A stretch of DNA of 64,000 nucleotides from NCBI GenBank assembly GCA_013239625.1, contig MU054037.1:250001-314000 (forward strand), given 5' to 3'. This DNA comes from Lama guanicoe (Eukaryota). The notes beneath the pieces were generated by a model, which did no database searches, was not told the DNA's origin, and saw only the letters and a list, made by a program, of their open reading frames with translations. Position numbers and translations under genes: made by a program. The number at the start of each line of letters is the position of its first letter. Positions within the stretch are counted from its first letter, which is position 1. Shown here piece by piece: positions 37,601 to 50,947 of this stretch.

Positions 37601-38748
37601 GACAGTTGAGCTGAGCTGAAAAAGGCTTGGGGTGGGGTGGGATGGGAGACCTGACCTTCTGTGCCCCCCTCCCTTAGCGTGCCACCCTTCCTTTTTCCCC
37701 TTGGTCTTTTAGGAGGCAGTTAATCCTCCTGCAGTCAGTCCTTCTGTAATTTCAAATGTATGTTATTTTTAAAATTGCATAGTTTTCAGGGCAAAAATAT
37801 AGTATGGCTGCCAATTAAGGAGTTAAACAATATAAACTGCAGCCATTTGTTGAATATCTGAGTGTAGCAGGCACTATACTTACATTGTCATTTAATCCTC
37901 TAAACCCTGCAAGGTGAGTCTCATGACTTCCCGGGAAAGAAACTGAGGCCCAGGAAGGCTAAGTGACTTGGGTCTTGTCTCCTGTTGGTTAATGATGGGA
38001 AAGCTGGGATTTAAACCTTCTGGCCCACGGCCAAACCTACCATGTGCTCCTCTGTCTCTCCCTCTTGCAGATGGATGCTGTGGCTTGATCTGGGGATCCA
38101 ACCACCATCTCCGTGCTCTGTCCATAGGGAAATGCAGTCTCAGTTCCAGCCTTCCAATTTATAAATGGATTTTTGGTGCATGGCCCATTTATCAGTTGAG
38201 AATTGTTGTCTGTGTCAGGTCGGCGTTGAGACTAAGTGGATCTGTCTTGGCAGTGGCTTTAAAATTGCTTTTTCAGTTCAAATCCAGAATTAATGGAGGA
38301 CGGTCTTAGAAATAGTCACTTGAGGTGAGTAAGAATGGGCCAGATGAAAAGGAATGTCATTTTCATTCCTGCTACCAGCAGCATCCCTGGGCCATGGGCC
38401 ATGGTGAAAAGAACTTAATGTGGGCTGGGAGCTCTTAATTACTTAGAGCTAAGTCTCAGTGACTTTCCAGGGCTTGTCAGTGAGTGGGCTCTGGGTGAGG
38501 GTAGTCTGTCAGTCACTCCATCTCTCTGAACCTCAATCTTTTTACCTATACAATGGGGTAATAATTCTGCTTTATCTGCCTCCACATTGCTATGAGATTC
38601 AAATGAATTACAGGACCAGGATTACAAGAGGGCATCTTTAAGATACTACTGTATTTGAAAGTGTTGAAAAGTGTTTTGTAGACCTAGGTCAAAGCATGCC
38701 ACTTTTGTTGACTTACCATTATGGTTCATATTTAATAGCGTAATACAC

Positions 38749-38900
38749 CAGTTCTCAAACTTCAGCGGTGTTAGAATTACTTGGAGGGCTCCTCCCCCAG
38801 AATTTGACTCAGTAGCTCCAGAGTGGGGCCAGAGGGCTGGTATTTCTCACATGTTCCCACGTGATGCTCATGTTGCGGGGCTGGTGACCACAGGCCCACG
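38749..38900. mobile_element. MER5A1-like fragment
   Basis: CAGTTCTCAAACTTCAGCGG...AGAATTACTTGGAGGG...CCCCAGAATTTGACTCAGTAG...ATTTCTCACATGTTCCCACGTGATGCT. Confidence 0.6.
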
Positions 38901-39252
38901 TCACTTAGATCTGGAGCTGCTTGTCCCCCCTGCTGCCGACACGTGGTGCTCCAAGCACCTGGGAGCCCCTGCTTGGACATCTGGCCTCCTCAGAGTCTAC
39001 CACCTTCCAGTCTGTATCACGTGCCTCAGAGACACAGAACTGTGGGGCTGAAAGGGGAGGCGGTTTGCTTAATGGTTGCTTTCTTGGTTGACCAACAGAT
39101 GACCTGGCCTTTGGTCTTTCTGAGGGGAGAAAACCTGTTCTGTCCTCTAAAAGAGGTCTTTTACCTGGAGTGTGTTTCCCAGTGCAAAGTCTGGGTGACC
39201 TTGGTAGCCCGCACTTGGTCCATTCTCACAACTTCTTGTGAGTGATCATGGG

Positions 39253-39590
39253 TTTTTATTTTTTTTAACTGACGTATAGTCAGTTTACTGTGTTGTGACC
39301 ATTTCTGATGCACAGTATAATGTTTGCCGTACATGTACATACATGCATTTCTTCTGTTTTTCTTTTGTTTGTTTATTTATTTATTTATTAAGTTCTAGTC
39401 GGTTTACAATGCTGTATCGATTTCTGGCGTACAGCATAATTTTTCAGTCGTACATGAATATACATATATTCATTTTCATATTCTTTTTCATTATAGGTTA
39501 CTCCATGATATTGAATATAGTTTCCTGTGCTATACAGTAGGCCCTTGTTTATCTATTTTATATATAGTAGTTTATATCTGCAAATCTTAA
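39253..39590 (-). mobile_element. Two tandem L1 3' ends (cetartiodactyl/camelid type)
   Basis: TTTTTAACTGACGTATAGTCAGTTTAC...; then (TTTA)n tail and AAGTTCTAGTCGGTTTACAATG...CCTGTGCTATACAGTAGG...CTATTTTATATATAGTAG. Confidence 0.75.
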
Positions 39591-42500
39591 ATAACCCATC
39601 ATTGAGTTTAATTAATTTTTTGTTTTGCTTTATATGGCTGACTGACTCGCTTTCAGTTGGCTGGTTTTTTTTCTCAAACTGTGTGGTAAGCATCCTGGAA
39701 GTGGTGACGTCTGCATGGTGCTGGGCATACAGATGCCTAACCAACAGTGGGATAGGTAGGTTTACCATAACATTTCTGGGCTGGGCTGGCCGCTGCTTGA
39801 TCCTGTCACTGATCTCAAAACCATGGCAATAAGGGTCTAGAACTGGCTTGATCTCCACGGTGTCTCTTAACTGGAAAGTCGTTTTTAGTTGGAAAGTCAT
39901 TTTTAGTACAGGCCCTTGAGGATTACTGTCATCACATAGTTCTTCCCAGGAGGGAGCCCCCCCAGGCAAGTCTGGTCCCTCACTGAAGCCCGGGGTTTTA
40001 ACCAAAAATAGAGCAGCATCAGGAAGGGAGCTGGTCAGACAACTCTTGCACTGCATCAGTGGCTGGCAGAGGCTGCTGGCACTGACAGAGTTAGCTGGGC
40101 ACCCGCCATGGTGGAGGATTACTCATAAGGCTAGTTGAGTGTATGAGTTTTTGTGTGTGAGGGAGAAAGAGAGAAAAGTTCCTTACTTCAAATGGCATTC
40201 TTCCTGTGTCTCCCAAGGATATATTTTTGTCTTCTTAAATGTTTCTTTTTTCCACAGAATAGTCAATGTTCAAGATTGTGGAGAGAAAAATTCAGGAAAC
40301 AACCCAAGAACCCAATTTTCAAAAGGGCCTGGGCAGACTGTCAGCGTTTTGTAAAGGGCTCTTTCTAGCCTGGATCTTTTCTATGGTGACATGCCAGATC
40401 CCTCCGGCAAGATTGCTGGGTGCTTGGCCCATTCTTCACTCTCAGTCTAAAGTAACTTCTTAGTTCACTCTAGTCCTTTTTAGTTTGGGGCTTATTGCAT
40501 TTGGGTTCCTAAATTTAAAACAAGAACACAGAATCAATTCTGTACAACCACAGACCCAAAGACAGAGCTGTGAGAGTCCTTCTGGACAGTCTCAGCTGAC
40601 CCAGAGATGGTGCAGCTGCTTGGTGCCAGGGTCTTAAGCCCAGTGTCTGCACCTGAATGTAATATTCCTCTCCCTGCCCCGTACTGCCATTGCAGAGATC
40701 CACGTTTCCCTCTGCTCCTCCACTTGGCCAAACTGAGGTGTGGCCAGTAGAGAGCGAAGGGTTTGCAGGGCCCAGGTTGATGGAGCCATTCAAGTTCAAG
40801 GAGACTGATGAGGAAAGGGGTGTTGTTCAGATTGCATTTTAAAATGGGTTGGGAATAACACTGGCTGTGAAAACATTATCCCAAATCTGCAAAATCAACA
40901 CTCGTTCTTCCTGGTAAACATGAAGGCTCGGCAGCTGCACCTCCCTCACACGTGTTTGGCCAACTGCTGTTCAGGGCACTGTGCCTCCCTCGGCGGCGTA
41001 TGGGAGCTGACTGGAGCCAGGGCTGGCATTCCAGCTCTTTGCCGGGTGGAACAGGGCGTTTCGGTGCTCTTGAGAGCCAGGCCAGTTCAGGTTGCCTTTG
41101 GACTTAGACCGGCATATGCCTATTCGTCCGGGGTTCTGTGGACCCTTTGATAGGGCTCCCTATCCCTGGTCAGGTTTTGTCGAGTCAAAACCCGGTACAG
41201 GCAGAAGAACTGATCTTATTAAGTCAAAGATGATTTGTGGGTGATTTCTTTTCCATCAGAATCCTCATCCTCTTGATCACCCCATAACCTCTGTTATACA
41301 AGAGAATTTTGTTTATTTCAGTGAGTCGGCCCACACACAGGTTTGAAGCCCGTCCAAAAGGAACATTTGCCACTGTATAAAAACTTGTCTCATCTTGCTG
41401 CTCTTTGATGAGAACTGGTCCACCCCTTCTGTTCGCCCCTCTGCACCCTACCCCACCGCAGTTTCCTACATCATTTGCAGAAAACTTAACTGTGTGGGAA
41501 TTTACTGCTTTATTTCTCAGAACTGGAGCAACTGCCTGGCTTTCTTTAGGAAATACTTGGGGAAAGCAGAACGGCCTCGTTTATGTTCTCGTTTCTTTCT
41601 TGTTTTAATTTTTCATGTGTCTTCACAAGAGGCCACCAAGAGCAGTTACCAAGACAAATGCAGCGGTAATTAAGAACCAGTATGAGTTCCTGGGGTGCAA
41701 GCTTGTCAACATACTCTTTTTGCCAGGGACTCAGGGATATGCAGTCAATACTGTGTCTGCTGTGTAGGTCACCCCTGTGTGATCTCAGGGGAGAATCCAG
41801 CTTTTGCACAGTGGCAATATCGTAGCCAGTGAGGTTTAACCAAGGAGTGATTATTGTTAATTGAAAACTTCAGGGAAGAATCCTTTAGGAGCCTATGGCT
41901 AAAATGGGAAGTGAGGGCTGGGTGATCAGGCTGCAGGTGGATTCATTGCTGGCTGGATCACCAGATCAGATTCGCGTTTTCTGTTTGGGGAGCTTCTCTG
42001 GCAGACCTAGGGTTGTGCCTGAGCGTGTCTTGGTCAATATTTTTTATCAGACACTTGAAACTGTAGAAGGCAGCCATGTGAAGTATGTAGATCTCTTAGG
42101 GCTGTGAGAGAGAACTTAACATTTCAAAGAGTAATCGGGACCCAGCAAGCTCTTTTAAGATGTGTCCAGCATCTGGGTTATGAAAAGATCTTATATGTAT
42201 GGGATAGGGTAACCTGATTGTAGAAAAAGCTCTTGTGGGGGAAAAAAGAGTGACATTTTAAAAGATTAGAAAGAGAGGGAGAGAGCTCTCGGAGGGAGGG
42301 AGGGAGGGAGGGGGAGGAGCAGGTGGTTCTGTAGCTGGACGATCTCATAGTTCTTGGTTTGCCTTCTGGCTCTACTGATGCCCCCGCAGCAGGTGGTGCT
42401 GGGCTGGGTCATGATCCTTCCTCCTGCGGGTGCCCCAGGGGAGGTGTGAGTGGGCTTTGATATTCCTCCTCCTCCCTGGCCTCTCTGGGGAACCACCCTC

Positions 42501-44424
42501 TTGCCCACGCAAGGCCTCTTCCACGTCTACACAGGCTTTTCCAGTCAGGGGTCGGAGCTCTTATTTCTAAGGGTTTTATAGTTAGGCCCTGGGGCTGCAC
42601 CTGCCTTTGTTTCAACAACAACAAAAAAAGGGCAACAAGAGCTTTAGAAAAAGGATAAGTGGAATGCTTTGTGTTCCTGCTTTAAACTTAAAGACAATTT
42701 TCTGCAAATGGAAAAAGTAATATGACTTCAGCTCCATATTGCATCAGGAAAAGGTATAGGTGTGAGAGGAATAAAACAGGAAAGTGGGGTGGAGTGGGGA
42801 GGAAAGCTGGTGACAGGTGGGCAAGGAGAGAAGCAAAGACGTGCATCAGAAGAAACAAGACACAGAGAGTCAGGAGACATAATTTGAAGTGAGACTAATT
42901 TACAGTAAGATTTCCACCCCATTGCTGCAATTTGATGTCTAGGAATTCTTAGAAAATCACAAGTTTTTTTTTTTTTTCTTTGTGAATGTACCATTTGGTC
43001 AAAAAATGGCAGCCTGACATGCCTGCCATTATAGAATGAAATCTTGATGTTGACGGATGGTATAAGAAGCAAAGGCCCAAGTCGTTTAATACTTTAAAAA
43101 AATAGTCCTTCTCCCTCAAAATTGAACAAAAACCTTATGGTCGTTGGATGAGTCCAAAGAGTTAAAGAAAATTCTCTATCTTTATTGATGTATGCATATA
43201 TACACACACATAAAATATATACGCATCTGTAAAAAGAAACTACCTCCAAATCATCCAGTGACACTCTGGATGGTGATTTTATAACTTGTTCCTGTTTTTC
43301 CCCCCTTTTTGGAGGAGGTGTCACATTCTATTTTTTTTTCTTGCGATGAATGTTATGGCTTTCATCAGGAAAAAGTTATTAAAGTATACTCTGGTTGGAA
43401 AATATGGAGAAATAATATTTAAATAGTATCACTTACCTAAAGGATTACTTATTTTAAGTTGGGAAATACATCCAGGGTATCCTAGCCTTTTCCTGCCCTT
43501 TTGTTTTTAAAATTTGTAGTTTTTGTCAAAGTTACACATGCAGATAGTTTCAAAAATCAACTAGTTCTCCAGGAGCACAGTCTCCTGCCTCCTCACCTCC
43601 ACCCACCCATGTCCCAGTGGCAGTCGTTTAAAAATCTTAGCTGATTCTTTTGGCATTTTTGTCCACGTTTTTCAATAACTTGCATGTTTTGCTGCTCTTG
43701 GGTATTAACCATTGACTCCTCACCGTGTAAAGCGTGGATTTAGCTCTTCTCTCCCTCCTCGTGCTCCACTTGTCTTTGGAGGAAGAAAACTCCCATCTTC
43801 TCTAAAAGTTAAGAGTGTCATACCTTATCCTAGAGGGACAGGGGGTCCTTACGTGGAATAATCAGTACATCTTTTGGCCTTTTGGGCTCTTGCCAGTTAG
43901 AATTCTGACAAATTTTAAAGTCTAAATTATCAATTTGAATTGAACCACGTGTTGTTATTAGCTCCATGGATCAGCCCAAACCAAGAGGCTGTCGAAATCT
44001 GAATTAAACTTTAGGACATCCTCTTGATGTGGTTTTCTTAATCATGTATCAATTAATTTTGTTATCCTTGTATTCTCTCTACACTCTATGATAAGAAGCC
44101 ACCACCTTGTTTAATTGTGGGTCATTGTGTGCTGGGCCTGGTTTCCCTGAGGGTCCTAGGAGGCACCTTTCTTGAGCGCTCAGCTCCAGGATACTCTCAA
44201 GGAGCTGGCTTCTGCTTATATTTGACTGGCAATATCCAGGGTTTGTGGGGCAGTGGCAGAGCTGTCTGTGTCCTGGGGACCCAGAAGGATTTGTCTGAAG
44301 TCCTAGAAGAGCCACCTTTTCCAGAAAAGCTGCTACAGTCCAACCTCAGGACATGACATGTAGACTCTACTCTGAGTCTCGGTTTCACTTTGTTCCCAGA
44401 GCCACCCAGATGCCTCTGAATTCT

Positions 44425-44519
44425 TCGTGTTTGTGTTTAATGGAGGTACTGGGGATTGAACCCAGGACCTCATGCATGCCAAGTATGCCCTCTACCACTG
44501 AGCTATACCCTCCTCTCAA
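44425..44519 (-). mobile_element. Camelid-type tRNA-derived SINE (short form), intact A and B boxes
   Basis: Minus strand GGAGGGTATAGCTCAGTGGTAGAG...GAGGTCCTGGGTTCAATCCCCAGTACCTCCATTAAA; perfect 12-bp TSD CCTCTGAATTCT at 44413-44424 and 44520-44531. Confidence 0.9.
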
Positions 44520-47174
44520 CCTCTGAATTCTCTGTCCAGTTCTGGAGGCCATTGCTCTGGGCTTACCTGTTTCCTCCAGGTACAGGAGTGACTCCCATTT
44601 CTTGCCCTTTGCCTCTATTCGTGGCCCTTCTGAGCCCTGGAAAAGATGTCACTGTAACACATGCCAGTGATCTTACCGCCTTTCTCACTAATAAAGAGTA
44701 AGATAAGGTGCCAGTGCAGGGCCCTCTGAAATGCAGGCTCTGAATCTTAAAGTTGTGAGGGACCCTGGAAGCCACAGGATCTGTACAACTCGGCTGGCAT
44801 GCTGCTGGCAAGGAGAAGTCTCTCTCAAGGAGCCACCCTTTCTAGTGTTGGGTGCTCATCTCTTGGAAACGTCTTTCCTGCTGAACTGACATCCTTGTCT
44901 GGGATGTCCTTCCGCTAAACAGATGAGGGCAGCCTTGATGGGGCAGTTTATCCAAACTAGTCAACAAATTAATCTTCCTTTTTCTCTGGCATGAGTGGTA
45001 TTAAAAATGATTTTGAGAGGCAGCCATAAAAGATGCTGGTAAAAACTCATGTTTTCCAAGCACCAAGTGTGTTGCCAGAGAGGTTCAGTTTTGTTTTTCT
45101 TTATCATTGTGATTTTGATTTATTTGAGTCTGATAGAATAGTATCAGTGACATGAGGAATAATTACAGTATCTTTTGAAATTCTATCCTGGAACCCCACC
45201 AGGAGCTGACTCAGATTCGTGCCAAGGAATACATCCTAGGTTTGGGGTTTTTCTTTTAATGTTTTTAAAAAAAAAGCTCATGTGAAATACTAGACCTTTT
45301 GATACTTAAAGAGCATTGTTTTAGTGGGTGGAGTTCTTTTTTGATCCTCTAAGTTTAAACTTCTTAGTTCAGGGGTGGCCATAGTGACCATCCTGTATTG
45401 TGAATTCAAGAGGCTTCTGAGAGGATAGACCTGCATGTGTGTGTCTGAGTGTGTGTGCACACACTTGTCTCCCTTTTACCAACCAGGTCTAAACTTTTCT
45501 CGATTCTTACTGCTTTTACTGAGTCTTCAGAAGTGTTGGCTATCTTAGGGAAACCATGAGATATAATTCTTACAAATAAAAATGATTTCACTCAGAGAAA
45601 CTGGCAGCAGTAAATCAACATGTTAACATCATTGGTTGGTTATTGTTTCCTTTGAGATTTTCTTTGTTTTCCCAGCTTTATGTCATGAACATGTATTACT
45701 TTTATATTAGAGAAAATTATTTGGGAAAGCATGGTTGCTTTCAAACTCACCCCTAGTCGGCCAACAAGCTAACAAGGTGGAGAATGCAGGAGGGACAGCA
45801 GATTGGAACATAGGGACTTTGAAAGCCAGGGCTGCCATGGGAACTGTTGTCCCCAGTCTTTTCAACATCAAAAATGCTTTTTATACTTACTTCAAAATTT
45901 CACTTGCTTTGAAAGGTTTCATCCAACCCAACACTGTATTTGTTAAATAGTAATTTCTCCATTGTTGATCAGAGACAGACAAACTGGCTGTTGGAGAGTC
46001 ACCAGGTTATTTTATGGAGGTGATGCTGTTCCAGCTGAGAGTGGAGACAAGTGATGTTTGAGGTGGTCCTTCCGTTAGGGACTTACCCATGTTCTACACC
46101 TTCGTTGCTACTCAAGTGGTACTTTCTGAGCTGAGGATGCAGGGTTGGGGTTCTGCAGTTAGAGCTCTTCTGTGTTTTGGGCTCAGGACCCTGTATTCCC
46201 TCTGGTATTAGTATTTCTCCCCCACAAACCTGCCTTGATTTTGTTTTTAATACAACACTTAAAACAACCCCACACCAAGAGTACAATAAGGCTTCATGGC
46301 CATGCTAACCTTTGCCTGCCTCATCCTTCATCATCACCGACTCCTCTTCCTGGTAATGATAGTTGGCATCAGTTGAGTGAGTGGTTACAGTATGACAGAT
46401 ATGTCTTAAATGTCTACATAGATGATTTCATTTTCCCCTCATAACTCCGCTGCGAAGCAAGGACTGTTAACTAGCCACCTGTTTTATTGATGGGGAAGCT
46501 GAGGCTCAGAGAAGTTGGGTAATTTGTCCAAGGTCGTGAGACCAAAGAGCGGCAAAGCTGGGGTTTCAGCTGCTTCCCATCTCTTCCACCTTCCTTTAAT
46601 CCCTTTCCTCCTCCATCCTGCCTTTCCAAACCAGGACCTCAGTTTCAGGTCTTCTTCGTCTCAACGTGTCACCGTCTTGTGCACCTGGCGTTAGTTGACT
46701 CTCTTCACAATTCTGCAGCAGGAGATACGGAAAGGTGACCAGACACCTGGATTGGAGAGGCTGGGCCGCAGTGCTGGACGCCCTCCTCTGGCGTCCTGAT
46801 GGGTTTATTCCCTAGTGTGTGGAAACTGGAGTTGGGATCTGGTTCTCTCCTTTCTAGTTTCCCGCTGTTAGGTTGGGGCCTTCAGGGGCTTGAGGAGGCA
46901 TTTCCCAACCAGAGAAATACCTATTTCATGCCTCTATGCAGCTCACCAGAGTCCTTTTTCTTCTGCCCTCCAGCAGTAGGGAGCACAGAAAGCCTCAAAT
47001 CACTGTCTTCTGGAAAGGGGAGGAAGCTAGTGGTACTTCGCTTCCCACAGAACGATCTCCCTTCCTTTCCAAGGAGAGTGTGTAGAAAAGGAGTAACAGT
47101 AACTTTTACTGGGTCATGGATCCCCTTGAGAATCTGATGAACACTTTGTGGACTCTTCCCAGAAGAAGTACAGT

Positions 47175-47330
47175 GATAACTGACATTTATGTTGTAGGCA
47201 TTGCGCTAAACACTTACATGTAATACCTCTTTTAATCCTCATCATAACTCTGTGAGGTGTAGAGTATTGTTATCCCTGTTCTACAGATGAGGAAACAGAG
47301 GCCCTGAGATGTTTAGTGACATGGCTGTGC
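47175..47330 (-). mobile_element. MIR (representative; similar remnants near 18.2-18.6, 25.6, 33.5, 36.8, 37.9, 46.5, 48.1 and 52.9 kb)
   Basis: TTTAATCCTCATCATAACTCTGTGAGG...TATTGTTATCCCTGTTCTACAGATGAGGAAACAGAGGC core. Confidence 0.75.
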
Positions 47331-50300
47331 ATGTGCATTTAGAAAGTTGTTGGGTCTTCGCTTATGATTTCAGTCAGACCCCAGGATCTAGAGTGCCAGC
47401 CCCCACCTGCATTGCTTAAAGATGGGAATTTGTACTTGTCATGGATATTAGTTGGATACCAACCCCTGTGGCTGGGGATCAACCTGCTTGTCAAGGCGGT
47501 AGAGGAAGGAGAGGCTGCTCCCCCATCCTCTTGGACCAGTTATGTGAATCTGCATGGAGGTTCTAAGTGTCCAAGCTTTGCAGGGATCCCACACAGTTAT
47601 CTGATTGGCATTTAACAGTGGATGGAGAATCAGATGATCTGGGCTTCTCTCTGGTGCTGCCCCTCTAAGCTGTGTGACTTGGCTCATTCAGACCTTGCGC
47701 CTGTCTGCTCATTTGCAAACCAGGGAGGGTGAACTCTGGCCTTAATTAGGATAAGGAAGGGTCACCCCACTGTGGGAGGAAGGCAACTACCCTTGATGTG
47801 TCTTCACTGTGGCCCATAAGCTCATGTCCTGCTCAGGTACAGTGTGCATGTTCTGGTATTAAGATTAATGGGCCAGAAACTGACCTGTGACTCTGACCAT
47901 GCTTGATAACTGTAGCTTTAAAGGGTACAGTGAGTATTTTTGTAGAGCAACAGTGACCATAATAATTAAGATTTTGGAATAGTTTGTACTCCACCTGTCT
48001 GCCTTTCTATTCTGTTCCCCACCCTATCCTGACCCTCACAGCAGGTAGCCTTAAAATCAGAGAGCTGTAGAATGTCAGTGCTGGGAGGGAACTTTGATCA
48101 CCCACAGCCAGCCTTCTCATTTTGCAGGAATAGAAGTAGGCTCAGAGAGGTATAGGAACTCGCCCAAGGTCACACAGCTAATCCATGGCAGAGCCAGAAT
48201 GTAGGTTAGCATTCTTTCAGTTGTGCCATGCAGCTGTCTCTTATTTCTCCTCTTAACTTCCTCTACAACCAGACAAAACTCTTGCTCAGTTTTTACCTTA
48301 TATAGTTCTTATTCCCTCTACTCGCTTCTTTGAAAACACAGGCGGGGTCATTCTCCTTGTAGCTTCTCCCTCCTCCTCACCGCCTCCCACACTGTCTCAC
48401 TGCCTGATAGAGGAAGGAACAAAGCCACCTCCTGGGCAGAGCCCTCTCCGAAGTCCTTTATGGTGTTCGGTCCGCAGTTCTGCAGGATCAGATCACTGGG
48501 GTGAATCTCTGCTGTAGACAGAGACCTAGGAAATGCCCCTCTCCATCCACTACTTTATCCCATTAATGTAGTATGGATATACCCAGCCAGTGTGTTATCA
48601 GAAGTGGGCTGGCTTGTTCGTGGCTGTGCTGGGGCTCTCTCTCCAGCAGAGGTCTTCTGACCTCTTTAGAGCATCTTCTCTGAAGCTGGGCCGGCTGATC
48701 TGCCGATCTGAGTGGTGGTACTTAGCAGCCCCCCTTGCCACATGCCACCGTGAGTGTTCACGGACTCTCTCCTTTTCTCTCTGTTAAACAGAACTGTTGT
48801 CTGTAACTCAGCTTTCCCAGTTACCCTGCCTTTTAAGGAGAATTTTCTCTTGGTTAGCTCAGTCCCTGGGCCTTTTTCTGAGAATCGGGGCCATGAGTGG
48901 AGGCTGAGTTGGAGGACCAGGAGGAGGGTCAGAGGTTGTGTGAGGGTGCGTGTGAATGTGTGTAAGGAAGGCCTATATTTGTATCTGAAAAGGCCCAATG
49001 CTTGTGAGAGAAGAAGGAAGGGAGAGGGGAAGGGCTGATAAGCTGGAGAGAGGTGGGTTAGAGGAAGAGGCGGGCCTTTAGAGGAGAACCTGCCTGTCTC
49101 GCATGGGATACCAAGTGGTAGAGAAGGAGGGCAGATTTCAGAGATGGCTCCCTGTGCATTAAGAGTTTCACCTCCCACCCCCAATTGCTGGTGTCGAAGA
49201 GACCAGGAACATTTTGAATGTTATGTTGGGTGGGATTGTTTGCTTGCATGACCTAGTGGAGACCAGGCTACATGGAGAGCCAGTTATGTTCATGCTCCTC
49301 TGGCTCGTTCTATCTGGGAGCCAGGCCGATGGTGGGGCAGGAGAATGTGGGAAGCAGGCTTTGGGGGTGGGTGATCTGGGGAAGTGCTGTGTGATGGGGG
49401 TGCAGGGGCTCGGGGCTGCTGGGCCAGCGTCGGCGTGGAGTTTATATTGCCGCTCTCTGAACAAGCCCCAGATCATTTTCCCACGTTAAAAAGAAAAAAC
49501 ATGTCGGAAGTCTCAGATCCAGTGTTTATTCACTTTGTACCCTGTTTCCAGAGAAGTATGAGGCAGTTCAGACTTGGTGAGGAAAATACAGTGATTCATT
49601 CACCTTGTATTTTTCCCATCGTGAGATTTGCCCTAAGAAGGAAGAGCAGGGTGAGTGTTATGGTCCTGTTTCACTGACAGAAATAAGGATATTTACATTT
49701 TTGTTCGCCAAGAAATGGCTCTTTTGTACTGGTTTGAGATGGAGGTGGCTTAGCACAGAGAAGGGTTTTAATCCAGGGGAAGGAGCAGGGACTGTTTGAT
49801 GGAGATAAGGAAAGAGCCGTCTCCTGCCAGCACACCTACTGGGCATGGATTGATCAGCGTGCTCTGCCCGTCTGGCACTCATGTTTAGTAAGATGACTTT
49901 TTCCAGTGGCTGAAGGCCCCAGAATAAACAGGCTGCTGGCACCTGGGGGTCTGTGTGTGGACGTCCCGGCCCCTTTTTGGGCTCCTAGGAGAGCAGAAGA
50001 AACACTTATTCAAAAGCACCCAAAGTGTTGGCATGACATCCAGAAAGTTCAAGCGAGCGTTGGTGTTTTGGATACCCAGCAAGGGCAGAACAAGGACCTG
50101 CCCCCATCCCGCTCATATGTTGCTGGTGGGAGTGTGAAGCTCATGGTCTTCTTAGCCCAGTTGCCAAGCTACTGGGCACTTGGAAATTGTTTTTTGATCC
50201 CCTTAAGGGACCTTGTGTGAGGGCAGGAAGTGTCAGGTGCCTTCTGGTGCTTGGAGCCATGTCCAGCGTAGTCATTCCTCTCTAGCTTTACAAGATGTCA

Positions 50301-50947
50301 GGAGAGCAGCACTATGCTGAGAAACGACCCTGGTCAGTTCCTGGCCTCTCTGTGGGTCACCCTGGCCTTGTTCAGACCGGCCCGTCTGACTGCAGAAGCC
50401 CCAAGGCTGCCCTGACAGGACTGGTCACAGTTCCTCAGCCGTGTCAGTTTCTCCGATGGACTTCTAGACTATGAGTGTCAGGATGCCCCAAGGTTCTCCG
50501 GAACAATGCACATACCTGGTCCCACACCAAGGGGGCAGAGTGAGTGTCTCGGGGATTTGAGGCCCCTAAGTGATTCCTTTGGGCCCTCTGGATGGAGAGC
50601 CACTGTGCAGAACTAGGCATTTGGTTAGTAGATTTGATGCCAGGAGATCCTGTTTCAAGTTTTATGGACTTGAAGTCAGGGAAGTGTGGAGGGCACAGGT
50701 GTGGAGGACCAGCCTAGTGCTTCAAGTGACTACTTACTCGCACTCCCTCAGCCCTGTGTACTGGGTGTTCTCGTGCCCGCTTTCTGGGGAGGAAATGAGC
50801 GTCAAAGATTGAGAACTTGCTTGAGATCGTGCACTTGGTAGGTGACCAGGCTTGACCAGAGTCCTCATTTTTTCCCTTAAGATTATACTCCCCACCCTAG
50901 AATGTTGAGTGTCTCCCCAAGTGCAGCTGTGTGACGGAAGTGAGGTG

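Noticed and set aside
44440..44512. tRNA gene
   Set aside because: A and B boxes are present, but it has TSDs, a SINE tail and a sibling at 30.7 kb, so it is a tRNA-derived SINE.
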